The notes beneath the pieces are model-generated. The model was not told the origin of the DNA and searched no databases. It worked only from the letters and a program-made list of their open reading frames with translations. From contig JAHINB010000006.1 in NCBI GenBank assembly GCA_018896215.1, positions 2,941 through 66,940 on the forward strand: 64,000 nucleotides of DNA, in the 5' to 3' direction. Position 1 is the first letter of the stretch, and each line of letters opens with the position of its first letter. This stretch comes from Patescibacteria group bacterium (lineage in GTDB: Bacteria; Patescibacteriota; WWE3; 0-14-0-20-40-13). Below are positions 1 through 7,728 of this stretch, in pieces. The position numbers were made by a program, and so were the translations under genes.

Positions 1-794
1 CCCGACATCCTTAACTCGTAATTATTTGCCATCACCAGCATATAGGTTTTAGGTGTGGTAAGTCCCAAAAGATCAGGGAGAATGGAAAACAACTTGTCCA
101 GCGTTGGTACCTTAACGCTTACCTCATGTACGCTTGACTTTACTTGAGAAATACCCTCGCGAATTTTAATCCCCCGTATTTCTTCTGGGTATCTGTTTTC
201 ATCAATTAATGAAAGTTCGCTGTCTATATCGGCAACCCTTGCCAAATTGGCGCTTAGTTGAGGAGAAATCTCGGGCATAAGCTTTAACAAATTAAAGATT
301 CTAGTTTTATTGTCAACCTCTTCGCCCGACCCGCCGTCTTTAAACCCAAGTTGCGAAGCAAATGGTTCCAAAGTAGAAAGTAAATCCGAAACAACACCTA
401 TTGTTGTTTTTCCCGAATTTATCGCATGCAAGCCATCATTATAATAAGGTCTAACAAAGGGAATTTGAGAAGCTACTTTTAGTCTTCTTTTGTAGGTGTC
501 TTCAAAACTATCCAAATCCCTAGATGTTTTGACTAAGTTTTGCTGAACCAAAGTAAAATCTTTCTCTGTGAAGGCGTCTTTGATGGCTCTGGCATCTGTT
601 CTTAGTATTTCGGATTGTTTTTTTAACTCTATCCCAGGAAGTACCACAAAAACAGCGCCAGCTATAGTTGACATAACCAATAGAAAAGCGATTACAATAA
701 AAAATATCGCTACGCCACGACCGGGTTTGGGAAAGCTAAATTTTGGAATAGCAAAACCTCCCCCATAAGATTTATAAATTGCTTTTGTAGTCAT
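1..794 (-). CDS. Membrane-anchored hypothetical protein. This is the N-terminal 264 aa; the gene continues past the left window edge. Possibly a DUF4012-like polysaccharide-locus protein.
   Basis: Own translation of the reverse strand gives an uninterrupted frame from ATG (792-794) to position 1: MTTKAIYKSYGGGFAIPKF...VAIFFIVIAFLLVMSTIAGAVFVVLPG... One N-terminal TM helix. Missing from the supplied ORF track, presumably because no stop lies in the window. The start abuts the stop (795-797) of the upstream gene. Confidence 0.5.
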   Translation of the reverse strand, partial: MTTKAIYKSYGGGFAIPKFSFPKPGRGVAIFFIVIAFLLVMSTIAGAVFVVLPGIELKKQSEILRTDARAIKDAFTEKDFTLVQQNLVKTSRDLDSFEDTYKRRLKVASQIPFVRPYYNDGLHAINSGKTTIGVVSDLLSTLEPFASQLGFKDGGSGEEVDNKTRIFNLLKLMPEISPQLSANLARVADIDSELSLIDENRYPEEIRGIKIREGISQVKSSVHEVSVKVPTLDKLFSILPDLLGLTTPKTYMLVMANNYELRMS

Positions 795-1421
795 CTAACA
801 AGCGCCCTCTGCCCTAAGGACGGCTAACGGTGTCTTAAGAATGATAATAATATCAAATTTAATCGATTTAATACCTGCATATTCTGCCTCCATTCTAATT
901 CGTTTGTCAAATGGAATTTTGCTTCGCCCGCTTACCTGCCAATATCCCGTAATTCCCGGTTTTACCGACAATACTTTATCTAAATAAGGAGTCTCCTGGG
1001 GATTTTCCGCCTCATATTTTTTAAGTTCGTCGGGTCTTAAGGCTCTGGGACCCACAAAACTCATTAATCCGCTTAAAACATTAAAGAGCTGGGGGAGCTC
1101 GTCAATAGAATACTTTCTAATAAACTTTCCAATTTTTGTTACTCTAAAATCATCTTTAACTTTATTTGTTCCGCTTCTCATTTTTTCGTAAAGCTCTCTA
1201 TTAGAATATAGTATAGCGTCGGCATTTTTTACCATTGACCTAAACTTATAGAATGTAAATTCCTGCCTTTTTAGTCCAACTCTTTTGTGGGAATACAAAG
1301 GAGACCCACCGTCTTGAAGAAAAATGGCAATAGCCACAACAATAAAAACAGGAGATAAAATAACAAGAGCTACAAGAGAAATTGCTAAATCCATTGCTCG
1401 CTTAGTTTGCTCGTAAAACAT
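795..1421 (-). CDS. Monotopic phosphoglycosyl transferase (bacterial sugar transferase family, PglC / WbaP C-terminal domain type); the initiating enzyme on polyprenol phosphate.
   Basis: Hallmark motifs KRAMDLAISLVALVILSPVF (single TM), RVGLKRQEFTFYKFRSM, DELPQLFNVLSGLMSFVGPRALRPDE. The ORF-track N-terminal extension (1422-1520) overlaps the 78-bp repeat and the upstream gene; the likely true start is ATG at 1421 (MFYEQTKRAMD). Confidence 0.8.
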   Translation of the reverse strand: MFYEQTKRAMDLAISLVALVILSPVFIVVAIAIFLQDGGSPLYSHKRVGLKRQEFTFYKFRSMVKNADAILYSNRELYEKMRSGTNKVKDDFRVTKIGKFIRKYSIDELPQLFNVLSGLMSFVGPRALRPDELKKYEAENPQETPYLDKVLSVKPGITGYWQVSGRSKIPFDKRIRMEAEYAGIKSIKFDIIIILKTPLAVLRAEGAC

Positions 1422-1430
1422 CGGTTGAGT

Positions 1431-1510
1431 ATATACCCATCTTATGCTAGTTTGCAACCCGTAGGGTTGGAAAAATAGCTTAGATGGGTATATACCCGTA
1501 GGGTGTACCA
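1431..1510 (-). repeat. About 78-bp intergenic repeat, copy 1 (copy 2 at 40045-40123). On the minus strand it contains a sigma70-like TTGCAA-N18-TATACT placed 6 nt before the ATG at 1421.
   Basis: tatacccatcttatgctagtttgcaacccgtagggttgg...cttagatgggtatatacccgtagggtg is about 85% identical to 40045-40123. Internal direct repeat acccgtagggt. Confidence 0.6.
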
Positions 1511-2625
1511 CCCATGACACTTAGATAGCCATCCAATGTTTTTTGAGCCATATCTCGCCAATTGTATTGCAAAAGCAACCTTTGTGATTTTACAACAAGA
1601 CTTTCCCGCAACTTCTCGTCCAAAGTAATTCTTTTAATCGCCTCTTCTATTTCTATGATACTTTTGGGATTAAAGTACAAAACAGAATCCTGGTAAACCT
1701 CTCGGTGACACTCTATATCAGATAAAGCGCAAGGAATTTTTGACGCAATTGCCTCCAACGGTGTTAGATTAAAACCTTCTTCTAGTGACGCTGTGATATA
1801 GGAATTAGCATTTTGATATATTTGAGAGAGCGTATCGTCATTTATATACGAGTACCCCTCTATGAAAGAGGGAAAAATTACTCTATCTTGCAACGATAGA
1901 CTATACGCCAACTCCTTGATTCTGGCAAGATAAATATCCCGTTGCCCTACAATTACCAAACTTCCAGTGAATTCTCCCCAATCTACAATTTTCTTAAAAG
2001 CTATTATTAAATCACGAAGATTTTTATGCTCGTAAGCATTTCCAACATACAAAATATAGGGCTTGGTAATTCCAATTCTATCTAAAGCAACAAGGTCTGG
2101 TTCGGAAGATTGATAAAAAATTGGATCTACTCCTTCATAAGTTATAACAGCCTTTTTGTCTAGATTAAGATACCACAAAACTTTCTTTATTCGATCAAAT
2201 GAGGCGCGAGTTGGAATAAATATTTTACGCGCCTTAATTGCTGATATTACTACCACCAATTTGTAAACAAGCTGTTTAACATTGGCATCACCAGAAGAAT
2301 GCATTATTAAATCGTGAATTGTAATAACATGTTTTTTAAAATATAAAATGGGAACATTAAAATGCGGTACATGAAGTAAATCTAACTTTTCTTGATAGAG
2401 CACAATTGGAAAGAAAATCTGCTCTACAAGTGAATAGCAAGCAAAATCCGCCAACACTTTTTTAAAGTTCGGATTTTGTGGGGTGTACAATTCGTAATTT
2501 TGTGATCTTAAAAAAATCGCGTACTCGTTTTTAGTATCTAATTTTTCCAGCTCACTGATTAAATTCTTTATGTACCTACCAAGTCCAGACGATCCATAAA
2601 GCCTAGCATCAATTCCAATTTTCAT
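1480..2625 (-). CDS. Glycosyltransferase family 1 (GT4-type, retaining).
   Basis: Classic N-terminus MKIGIDARLYGSSGLGRYIKNL. C-terminal domain GNAYEHKNLRDLIIAF...EGFNLTPLEAIASKIP. Strong SD (AGGAGGA) 9 nt upstream of ATG 2625. Confidence 0.8.
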   Translation of the reverse strand: MKIGIDARLYGSSGLGRYIKNLISELEKLDTKNEYAIFLRSQNYELYTPQNPNFKKVLADFACYSLVEQIFFPIVLYQEKLDLLHVPHFNVPILYFKKHVITIHDLIMHSSGDANVKQLVYKLVVVISAIKARKIFIPTRASFDRIKKVLWYLNLDKKAVITYEGVDPIFYQSSEPDLVALDRIGITKPYILYVGNAYEHKNLRDLIIAFKKIVDWGEFTGSLVIVGQRDIYLARIKELAYSLSLQDRVIFPSFIEGYSYINDDTLSQIYQNANSYITASLEEGFNLTPLEAIASKIPCALSDIECHREVYQDSVLYFNPKSIIEIEEAIKRITLDEKLRESLVVKSQRLLLQYNWRDMAQKTLDGYLSVMGGTPYGYIPI

Positions 2626-2640
2626 CCTTAATTTCCTCCT

Positions 2641-3564
2641 TTAAACTTTCATTTTAACTTTTGAAAGCAATTTTTTAAGATCTATTCCAACAAAAACCAA
2701 ACCTCGTATAATTTTTGGGTATTTGTTTTTGTAATGCTTGTCGTAAAACATCTTCATTGTATCAAAAAAGGCGTTGAACGCTACCTCTTTTTCTTTTTGC
2801 GTTACTGGAACTTGAGTTTTTAAATTGCCTTTAATTCCCGAGGACATTCCCTTGTAATGATAAGCCTTAACAAAAGGGCAAAAGTATGTTTTCCACCCTA
2901 CCTCTTTTACGCGATAGCACAAGTCTAGATCCTCCGCATACATAAAATAATCTTCGTCTAGTAGTCCTACCTCTTTAAGAGCTGTCGATCTTACTAACAT
3001 AAACGATCCCGAAACGGCATCTACTTCATGAGTTTTATTGAAGTTTTTATACGATTGATGATACTGACTGAACATGGGTAGTCTAGGAAACAGTTTTTCC
3101 AAACCCAGATAATATGTTAAAGATGCCCATGGTGTTGGAAAACCACGATGAGATGCTGGGTCTATTTTGGAACTTGCCACAAGCTCAACAAAACAAGTCG
3201 CGATACCGGCTTTTGGAGTGCTATCCATAAAAGTAATCATTTCCTCTAAAGTATTTTTGGCAACAAAGGCGTCGGGGTTTAAAAGAAGAATGTAGCGACT
3301 GGAACATTTTTTTATTCCCAAATTATTACCTTTGGAAAATCCCAAATTCTCGTGGCTTTGGATTAATTTAACGAGAGAGTAATTATTTAAAACTATTTTT
3401 GAGGTACCGTCCCGGGAAGCGTTATCTACAACTACAATCTCTCCTTGATATTTCCCTTTACGGGAATCGAAGGAAATCTCGTGAGAATTGATGAGACTAT
3501 CAACACACCCTTGGATAAAGTTTTGGGAATCAAAAGTTAAAATTACAACCGATAGATCAAGCAT
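2641..3564 (-). CDS. Glycosyltransferase family 2 (soluble).
   Basis: LSVVILTFDSQNFIQGCVDSL...VVVDNASRDGT... and a DxD-type segment FMYAEDLDLCYR. Confidence 0.75.
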   Translation of the reverse strand: MLDLSVVILTFDSQNFIQGCVDSLINSHEISFDSRKGKYQGEIVVVDNASRDGTSKIVLNNYSLVKLIQSHENLGFSKGNNLGIKKCSSRYILLLNPDAFVAKNTLEEMITFMDSTPKAGIATCFVELVASSKIDPASHRGFPTPWASLTYYLGLEKLFPRLPMFSQYHQSYKNFNKTHEVDAVSGSFMLVRSTALKEVGLLDEDYFMYAEDLDLCYRVKEVGWKTYFCPFVKAYHYKGMSSGIKGNLKTQVPVTQKEKEVAFNAFFDTMKMFYDKHYKNKYPKIIRGLVFVGIDLKKLLSKVKMKV

Positions 3565-3567
3565 AAG

Positions 3568-6552
3568 TTATTCGTTAAACCATTTAGAACCAAACATTTC
3601 TTTCTCAAAATAAAAAGGGTCGTATTCCGCTGGCGTTATTTGATACGGTTGTTGCGTAAATATAGGAGGAACGGTAAGCCAGTCTTTTCCAAACAAAACG
3701 AAATCTCCTTCCTTTCTATATACCATAATTCGTGAACTGGGGTATTTGACAAGCAGCTTCTTGTAACTAGATTCGGAAGATATCGCCATAAACGCTTTGC
3801 CTTTTGGGCTTTTTATCATATCGGAAAGTTCGTTTCCCGAAACAGGTCGAGAAAATCGCAGGATGTAAAAATACGCGGGACCAGGAGACATGTTATAAAA
3901 ATACACCGCTGACTTTCGCGGTAAAAATGCCGAATCGTCATTTAACTCCGAAACTGTCGCTCCAAGGGTCGCAATATCGCGATTTACATCATCAAGAAAC
4001 CACATAGACTTCCAACGAATTAGCAAAAAAACAGATGCTATAGTTATTACAAATACTAAAGCAATGAAACTAATATTTTTCCACAATCTCGTAAAAGAGA
4101 CGCTAGTGATTCTATCTAAAGCCCAACAGATAAACCATCCAACCAAAATAGCCAACGGTGGGTAAATTGGAACCAAGTACCATTGAATTTTAGATTTAGA
4201 AATAGAGAGAATTAAAAAAGTCACAAACCCCCATAAAATTAAGAAAACAAGTGGGCGTTTTTGCTCCTTTGAGAATCTATTTGAGACCACAGTGTAAATT
4301 GAGAACACAAGCGAGGGGATTAATACCACCGCCCAATGCCTAAACCAAACTTTTAAAACCACAAGATACCACCAAAAATCTTGGGTGTGTCCTTCAATCC
4401 CTTGAGATCGTTCCAAGATATGATAAAGAAAGTAAGAGTCGATAAACTCCCTCCCAAATCGAATGATCTCAATAGCGTGCCAAGGAACAGCTATTATTAA
4501 AAACCAAAGAATGATTGTTAAGAAATGTTTTAGTCTGTACAGTTTGTTTTTTAGGAAAATAAAATCAACGAGAACAAATAGAGATAATACGGCAATAGGA
4601 ATAGCAACAACCGCACCTTTTGTCATAGCAACTAATCCTAAAAATATTCCCACCCACTTCCAACTTGTTTGCGTCTTTTGAGATTTCCAAAAAGAATACA
4701 TTGCGAGAAGTATCCAAACCGCAGTTAAAATATCTAAAGTTCCGTTTCGGGACTGAAAAATCCAATGTGTTGTGGTTGCCAAAACTACAGCTGAAATAAT
4801 TCCAATTTTTTCGGAAAACATTTTTTTGCCAAAAAGATAGACCGCTAATACTCCAGCAACGCCTGCTATTGCCGAAACAAATCGCGCCGAAAATTCATTA
4901 ATCCCAAAAATAAAATAAGTAAAAGCAGTCAGCCACATATATAAAGGTGGCTTCTCGAACCAATAACCATTACCATCGCGAAGCGCGTTTTCCCGCCAAA
5001 CGAGCGCAAAAGCATCCCCCTTTAAATGCAAAATGTTCTCAGAGATTAATGCGTAAATAGATTCATCCCAGTCAGAAAGCGCTGGACGACCCAGTTTATA
5101 AAAAATAAACGATCCTGCAAGCACTACCAAAAAAGTCACAATTCCAATATCTTTTGTGGATAATTTAATTTTCTGCAAATTGTGCCAAGAAAGAAACACC
5201 GCAATAAAAACAAAAAAGTAAAAGAACTCGAGATTATAAGAATAAAAGACCCCCGAAGTAAAAATAGAAACAAGACCAGCAAAAACACCCAAGATAATAA
5301 TTGAATTTCTCTCTTTATTTTGAAGCGATTTTCTTAACCTATAAGCTAATGCCAAAAAAAGAGTCCCAATTAAGAAATAAAACGGGACTGTCCCTACTAG
5401 TCCTGTCGCCGAAAGCGGTTCAAACCAAACACTGTGCGCTGGAATTTTGGCATCTTTTACGGGATCTAACTCAAAATAATCTTTAGCAATAGGAGTTTCC
5501 CTAAAGCGCTTGTCAAACGACCCATACCCCCCGCCAATTACTGGATTGTCTTCCAGAATTTGCCATGAGCCTAAAATTAACGCGGAGTGGGCATTAATAG
5601 AACTGTCCCAAACACGATAAGAAAAATTAAGTGACGAAAATCTTTCTACTAACCTTTTTGGGATTTTTACAAAACCCAGATTAACTAGACAAAAACCAGA
5701 ACTAACGATTATCAAGATGGTAACAATTCCTAAAAATAAAGCCTTTAAACGATGACCAAACGCCAATCCTAAAATGTAAGCTGATAACCCAACACCAAAG
5801 CCTATAAATGCGCTTCTTGATAAGGTTGCGACAAACGAGACTACAACCAAAATAGTCGCCGGAACTAGCAAAGGCAGATATTTTTTTGCAGTCGTCACAA
5901 GATACGAAAAGCTCAAAAAAACTATTGTGGCGGCAAAAGCGCCGTAGTGATTAACATCCCAAAACAGGGAGCCTATCCTTACTGGAGAATTTGGAAGCGG
6001 CCAAACTCCAGGAAGAATACGACCTTGGAACTTATAAAAGTAGTATTGAATTGGAGTAAATCCAGCTAAAACAACACCGGTTACAAAATAGATAAAAAGG
6101 CAATTATAAAGAAACTTTTCCCCGGATAAGAAAAACGCCTTCCTTAAGACTATGTAGAGTAATACTATTTCAGTAAAGAAAATGTTGATGTTTAAGCTTG
6201 CGGGAATATCCAAAGACCAAGCGGTTGAAACAAGGCGAATTAACCACACAATTAATAACAAAAAGAGAAACTTGTCTTCCGTGATTCTTGTCTCTAACCT
6301 AAGCGACTTAAGTGACCTAAGCGACTTAATAACTACAAGGTTTTTAAGAGTAAAAGAAAGGAGATACCACGCAATAATCCCGAGCAACGCCCATCTTGCT
6401 GGAGTTGCTCGCTCCAATCCCCAATTAAAGTAGATTCTATTATCCAGCGGTAAAAGGGGAATAAGATAATAAATAGATTTTACAAAATCCTTTTTAGCAA
6501 GAAAAAAATACAAGATTGTCAGAACAATCCCAGCAAAAAGAAGCGGTTCCAT
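3568..6552 (-). CDS. Large polytopic fusion protein: N-terminal O-antigen ligase/polymerase-like (Wzy_C) domain plus C-terminal ArnT/PMT_2-like GT-C glycosyltransferase domain.
   Basis: N-part: ATLSRSAFIGFGVGLSAYILGLAFG (Wzy_C-like SR motif), many TMs. C-part: EKPPLYMWLTAFTYFIFGINEFSARFVSAIAGVAGVLAVYLFGKKMF...TTTHWIFQSRNGTLDILTAVWILLAMY (PMT_2-like). Confidence 0.55.
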   Translation of the reverse strand: MEPLLFAGIVLTILYFFLAKKDFVKSIYYLIPLLPLDNRIYFNWGLERATPARWALLGIIAWYLLSFTLKNLVVIKSLRSLKSLRLETRITEDKFLFLLLIVWLIRLVSTAWSLDIPASLNINIFFTEIVLLYIVLRKAFFLSGEKFLYNCLFIYFVTGVVLAGFTPIQYYFYKFQGRILPGVWPLPNSPVRIGSLFWDVNHYGAFAATIVFLSFSYLVTTAKKYLPLLVPATILVVVSFVATLSRSAFIGFGVGLSAYILGLAFGHRLKALFLGIVTILIIVSSGFCLVNLGFVKIPKRLVERFSSLNFSYRVWDSSINAHSALILGSWQILEDNPVIGGGYGSFDKRFRETPIAKDYFELDPVKDAKIPAHSVWFEPLSATGLVGTVPFYFLIGTLFLALAYRLRKSLQNKERNSIIILGVFAGLVSIFTSGVFYSYNLEFFYFFVFIAVFLSWHNLQKIKLSTKDIGIVTFLVVLAGSFIFYKLGRPALSDWDESIYALISENILHLKGDAFALVWRENALRDGNGYWFEKPPLYMWLTAFTYFIFGINEFSARFVSAIAGVAGVLAVYLFGKKMFSEKIGIISAVVLATTTHWIFQSRNGTLDILTAVWILLAMYSFWKSQKTQTSWKWVGIFLGLVAMTKGAVVAIPIAVLSLFVLVDFIFLKNKLYRLKHFLTIILWFLIIAVPWHAIEIIRFGREFIDSYFLYHILERSQGIEGHTQDFWWYLVVLKVWFRHWAVVLIPSLVFSIYTVVSNRFSKEQKRPLVFLILWGFVTFLILSISKSKIQWYLVPIYPPLAILVGWFICWALDRITSVSFTRLWKNISFIALVFVITIASVFLLIRWKSMWFLDDVNRDIATLGATVSELNDDSAFLPRKSAVYFYNMSPGPAYFYILRFSRPVSGNELSDMIKSPKGKAFMAISSESSYKKLLVKYPSSRIMVYRKEGDFVLFGKDWLTVPPIFTQQPYQITPAEYDPFYFEKEMFGSKWFNE

Positions 6553-6554
6553 AG

Positions 6555-7691
6555 CTATTCAGTAGAAGACCCTAAAACCCTCTGATAAACTTCCAAGGTT
6601 TGTTTGGCACAATTCTCCCATGTATAAGTCTTTTTAACAAATTCTGGAAAACTTTTAGCTACCGTCGGTCTTTGCGCTTCTATCAATGCCTTATAGATTG
6701 AATTGACTGATGCAGGATCGCAATACACAGCATTGTCGCCAAGGTACTCCCCTGCTCTATCCCCTGACGCAACAAGAGAAGATACACCACACACCGTTGC
6801 CTCCAAAAAGACCAGACCCGTGGTCTCAAACCAAGAAGGAGAAGCAAAAATTGAGGCGGTTTGGTATAAATTGCACAATTTTTCTTGCTCAACAAACCCC
6901 AAATATTCAAAAAGTTCTTGGTCATGGATGGTTCTATAAAATTCTTTAAGATAAGTTGGGTGGTGTAAGTTACCCTTTCCAATAAAAATCATCTTGTAAC
7001 CAGAAAGCTCCCCCGAATTTACCGCTCTAATAAAAGCCATAGCCAAGTTAATTTGGTTTTTTCTAGGTTCAATTCTCCCGACCGATAGAATTACTTTTTC
7101 TTTTTTAACATTTAGAGTATCTCCAAACTTTTCTGGGTTAATTCCGTTGACAACTTTTTTCCATTTAAAATCTCCGGTCTTATAATCTAATTTCAAATCT
7201 TTTGCCTCTAGATCTGTCTGCACCAACACATAATCGCTCATGGCAACATCTCGGCGCTGCTCGTTTCTAATCCCAAAAAACAACTGGTAAAAAGCGGGAT
7301 AGAGTTTTTTAGGATATAAAATCCCCTTGATTAAATTTTTTATCGTATCACGAGCAGGCTGGTTGGTTAAAACGGCATTTCCCAAAACAGACAATCCCCA
7401 GCGATTAAGTTGTTCGTATTTTAAAAATTCCGCAAGGCTATGATGAATTGGAGAAAGCACCACTTTTTTCCCCTGTCTTTTAGCATTTTTTATTTGAAGA
7501 TACGGTTCGCAAACCCAATCTAGATTAAAAACATGAACAAGGTCATATTGAGAAAGATCCAAAGAAAGCTCGCAGTTAATATCAACAGAAACACCAAGCG
7601 CTTCAAGCGCCTTTTTAGTCTCCAACATCTGCACCGTATCCCCACCGTATTTGTCAAACAAATCCAATCGTGATTGAAAAAGTACTTTCAT
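6555..7691 (-). CDS. Glycosyltransferase family 1 (GT4).
   Basis: ASIFASPSWFETTGLVFLEATVCGVSSLVASGD (GT4 EX7E region). The ORF-track start is GTG at 7709, inside the hairpin; ATG at 7691 (MKVLFQSRLD) is more likely. Confidence 0.75.
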   Translation of the reverse strand: MKVLFQSRLDLFDKYGGDTVQMLETKKALEALGVSVDINCELSLDLSQYDLVHVFNLDWVCEPYLQIKNAKRQGKKVVLSPIHHSLAEFLKYEQLNRWGLSVLGNAVLTNQPARDTIKNLIKGILYPKKLYPAFYQLFFGIRNEQRRDVAMSDYVLVQTDLEAKDLKLDYKTGDFKWKKVVNGINPEKFGDTLNVKKEKVILSVGRIEPRKNQINLAMAFIRAVNSGELSGYKMIFIGKGNLHHPTYLKEFYRTIHDQELFEYLGFVEQEKLCNLYQTASIFASPSWFETTGLVFLEATVCGVSSLVASGDRAGEYLGDNAVYCDPASVNSIYKALIEAQRPTVAKSFPEFVKKTYTWENCAKQTLEVYQRVLGSSTE

Positions 7692-7699
7692 GCTATTTA

Positions 7700-7728
7700 A
7701 GGGTGACACCCTATTAGGGTGTCACCCT
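7700..7728. repeat. Perfect palindromic hairpin: 13-bp stem agggtgacaccct, 3-nt loop. It fills the spacer between two minus-strand genes.
   Basis: agggtgacaccct att agggtgtcaccct. Overlaps the stop codon (7722-7724) of gene 7722-9986 and ends 8 nt before the ATG at 7691. Same sequence family as the hairpin at 16153-16182. Confidence 0.7.

Noticed and set aside
568-768. 66-aa plus-strand ORF at the left end
   Set aside because: It is antisense to the long uninterrupted minus-strand frame 1-794 and has no recognisable domain.
1422-1520. N-terminal 33-codon extension of the PGT ORF (MSWVVHPTGIYPS...)
   Set aside because: The extension is encoded by the 78-bp repeat and overlaps the C-terminus of the upstream GT4. 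The internal ATG at 1421 is preceded by a -10 element and gives a protein of typical PglC length.
6683-6982. Three small ORFs (6683-6982 minus, 6703-6939 plus, 6710-6949 plus) inside GT4 gene 6555-7691
   Set aside because: They are alternative-frame or antisense ORFs within a well-supported GT4 coding region (Pro/Arg/Leu-rich junk translation).
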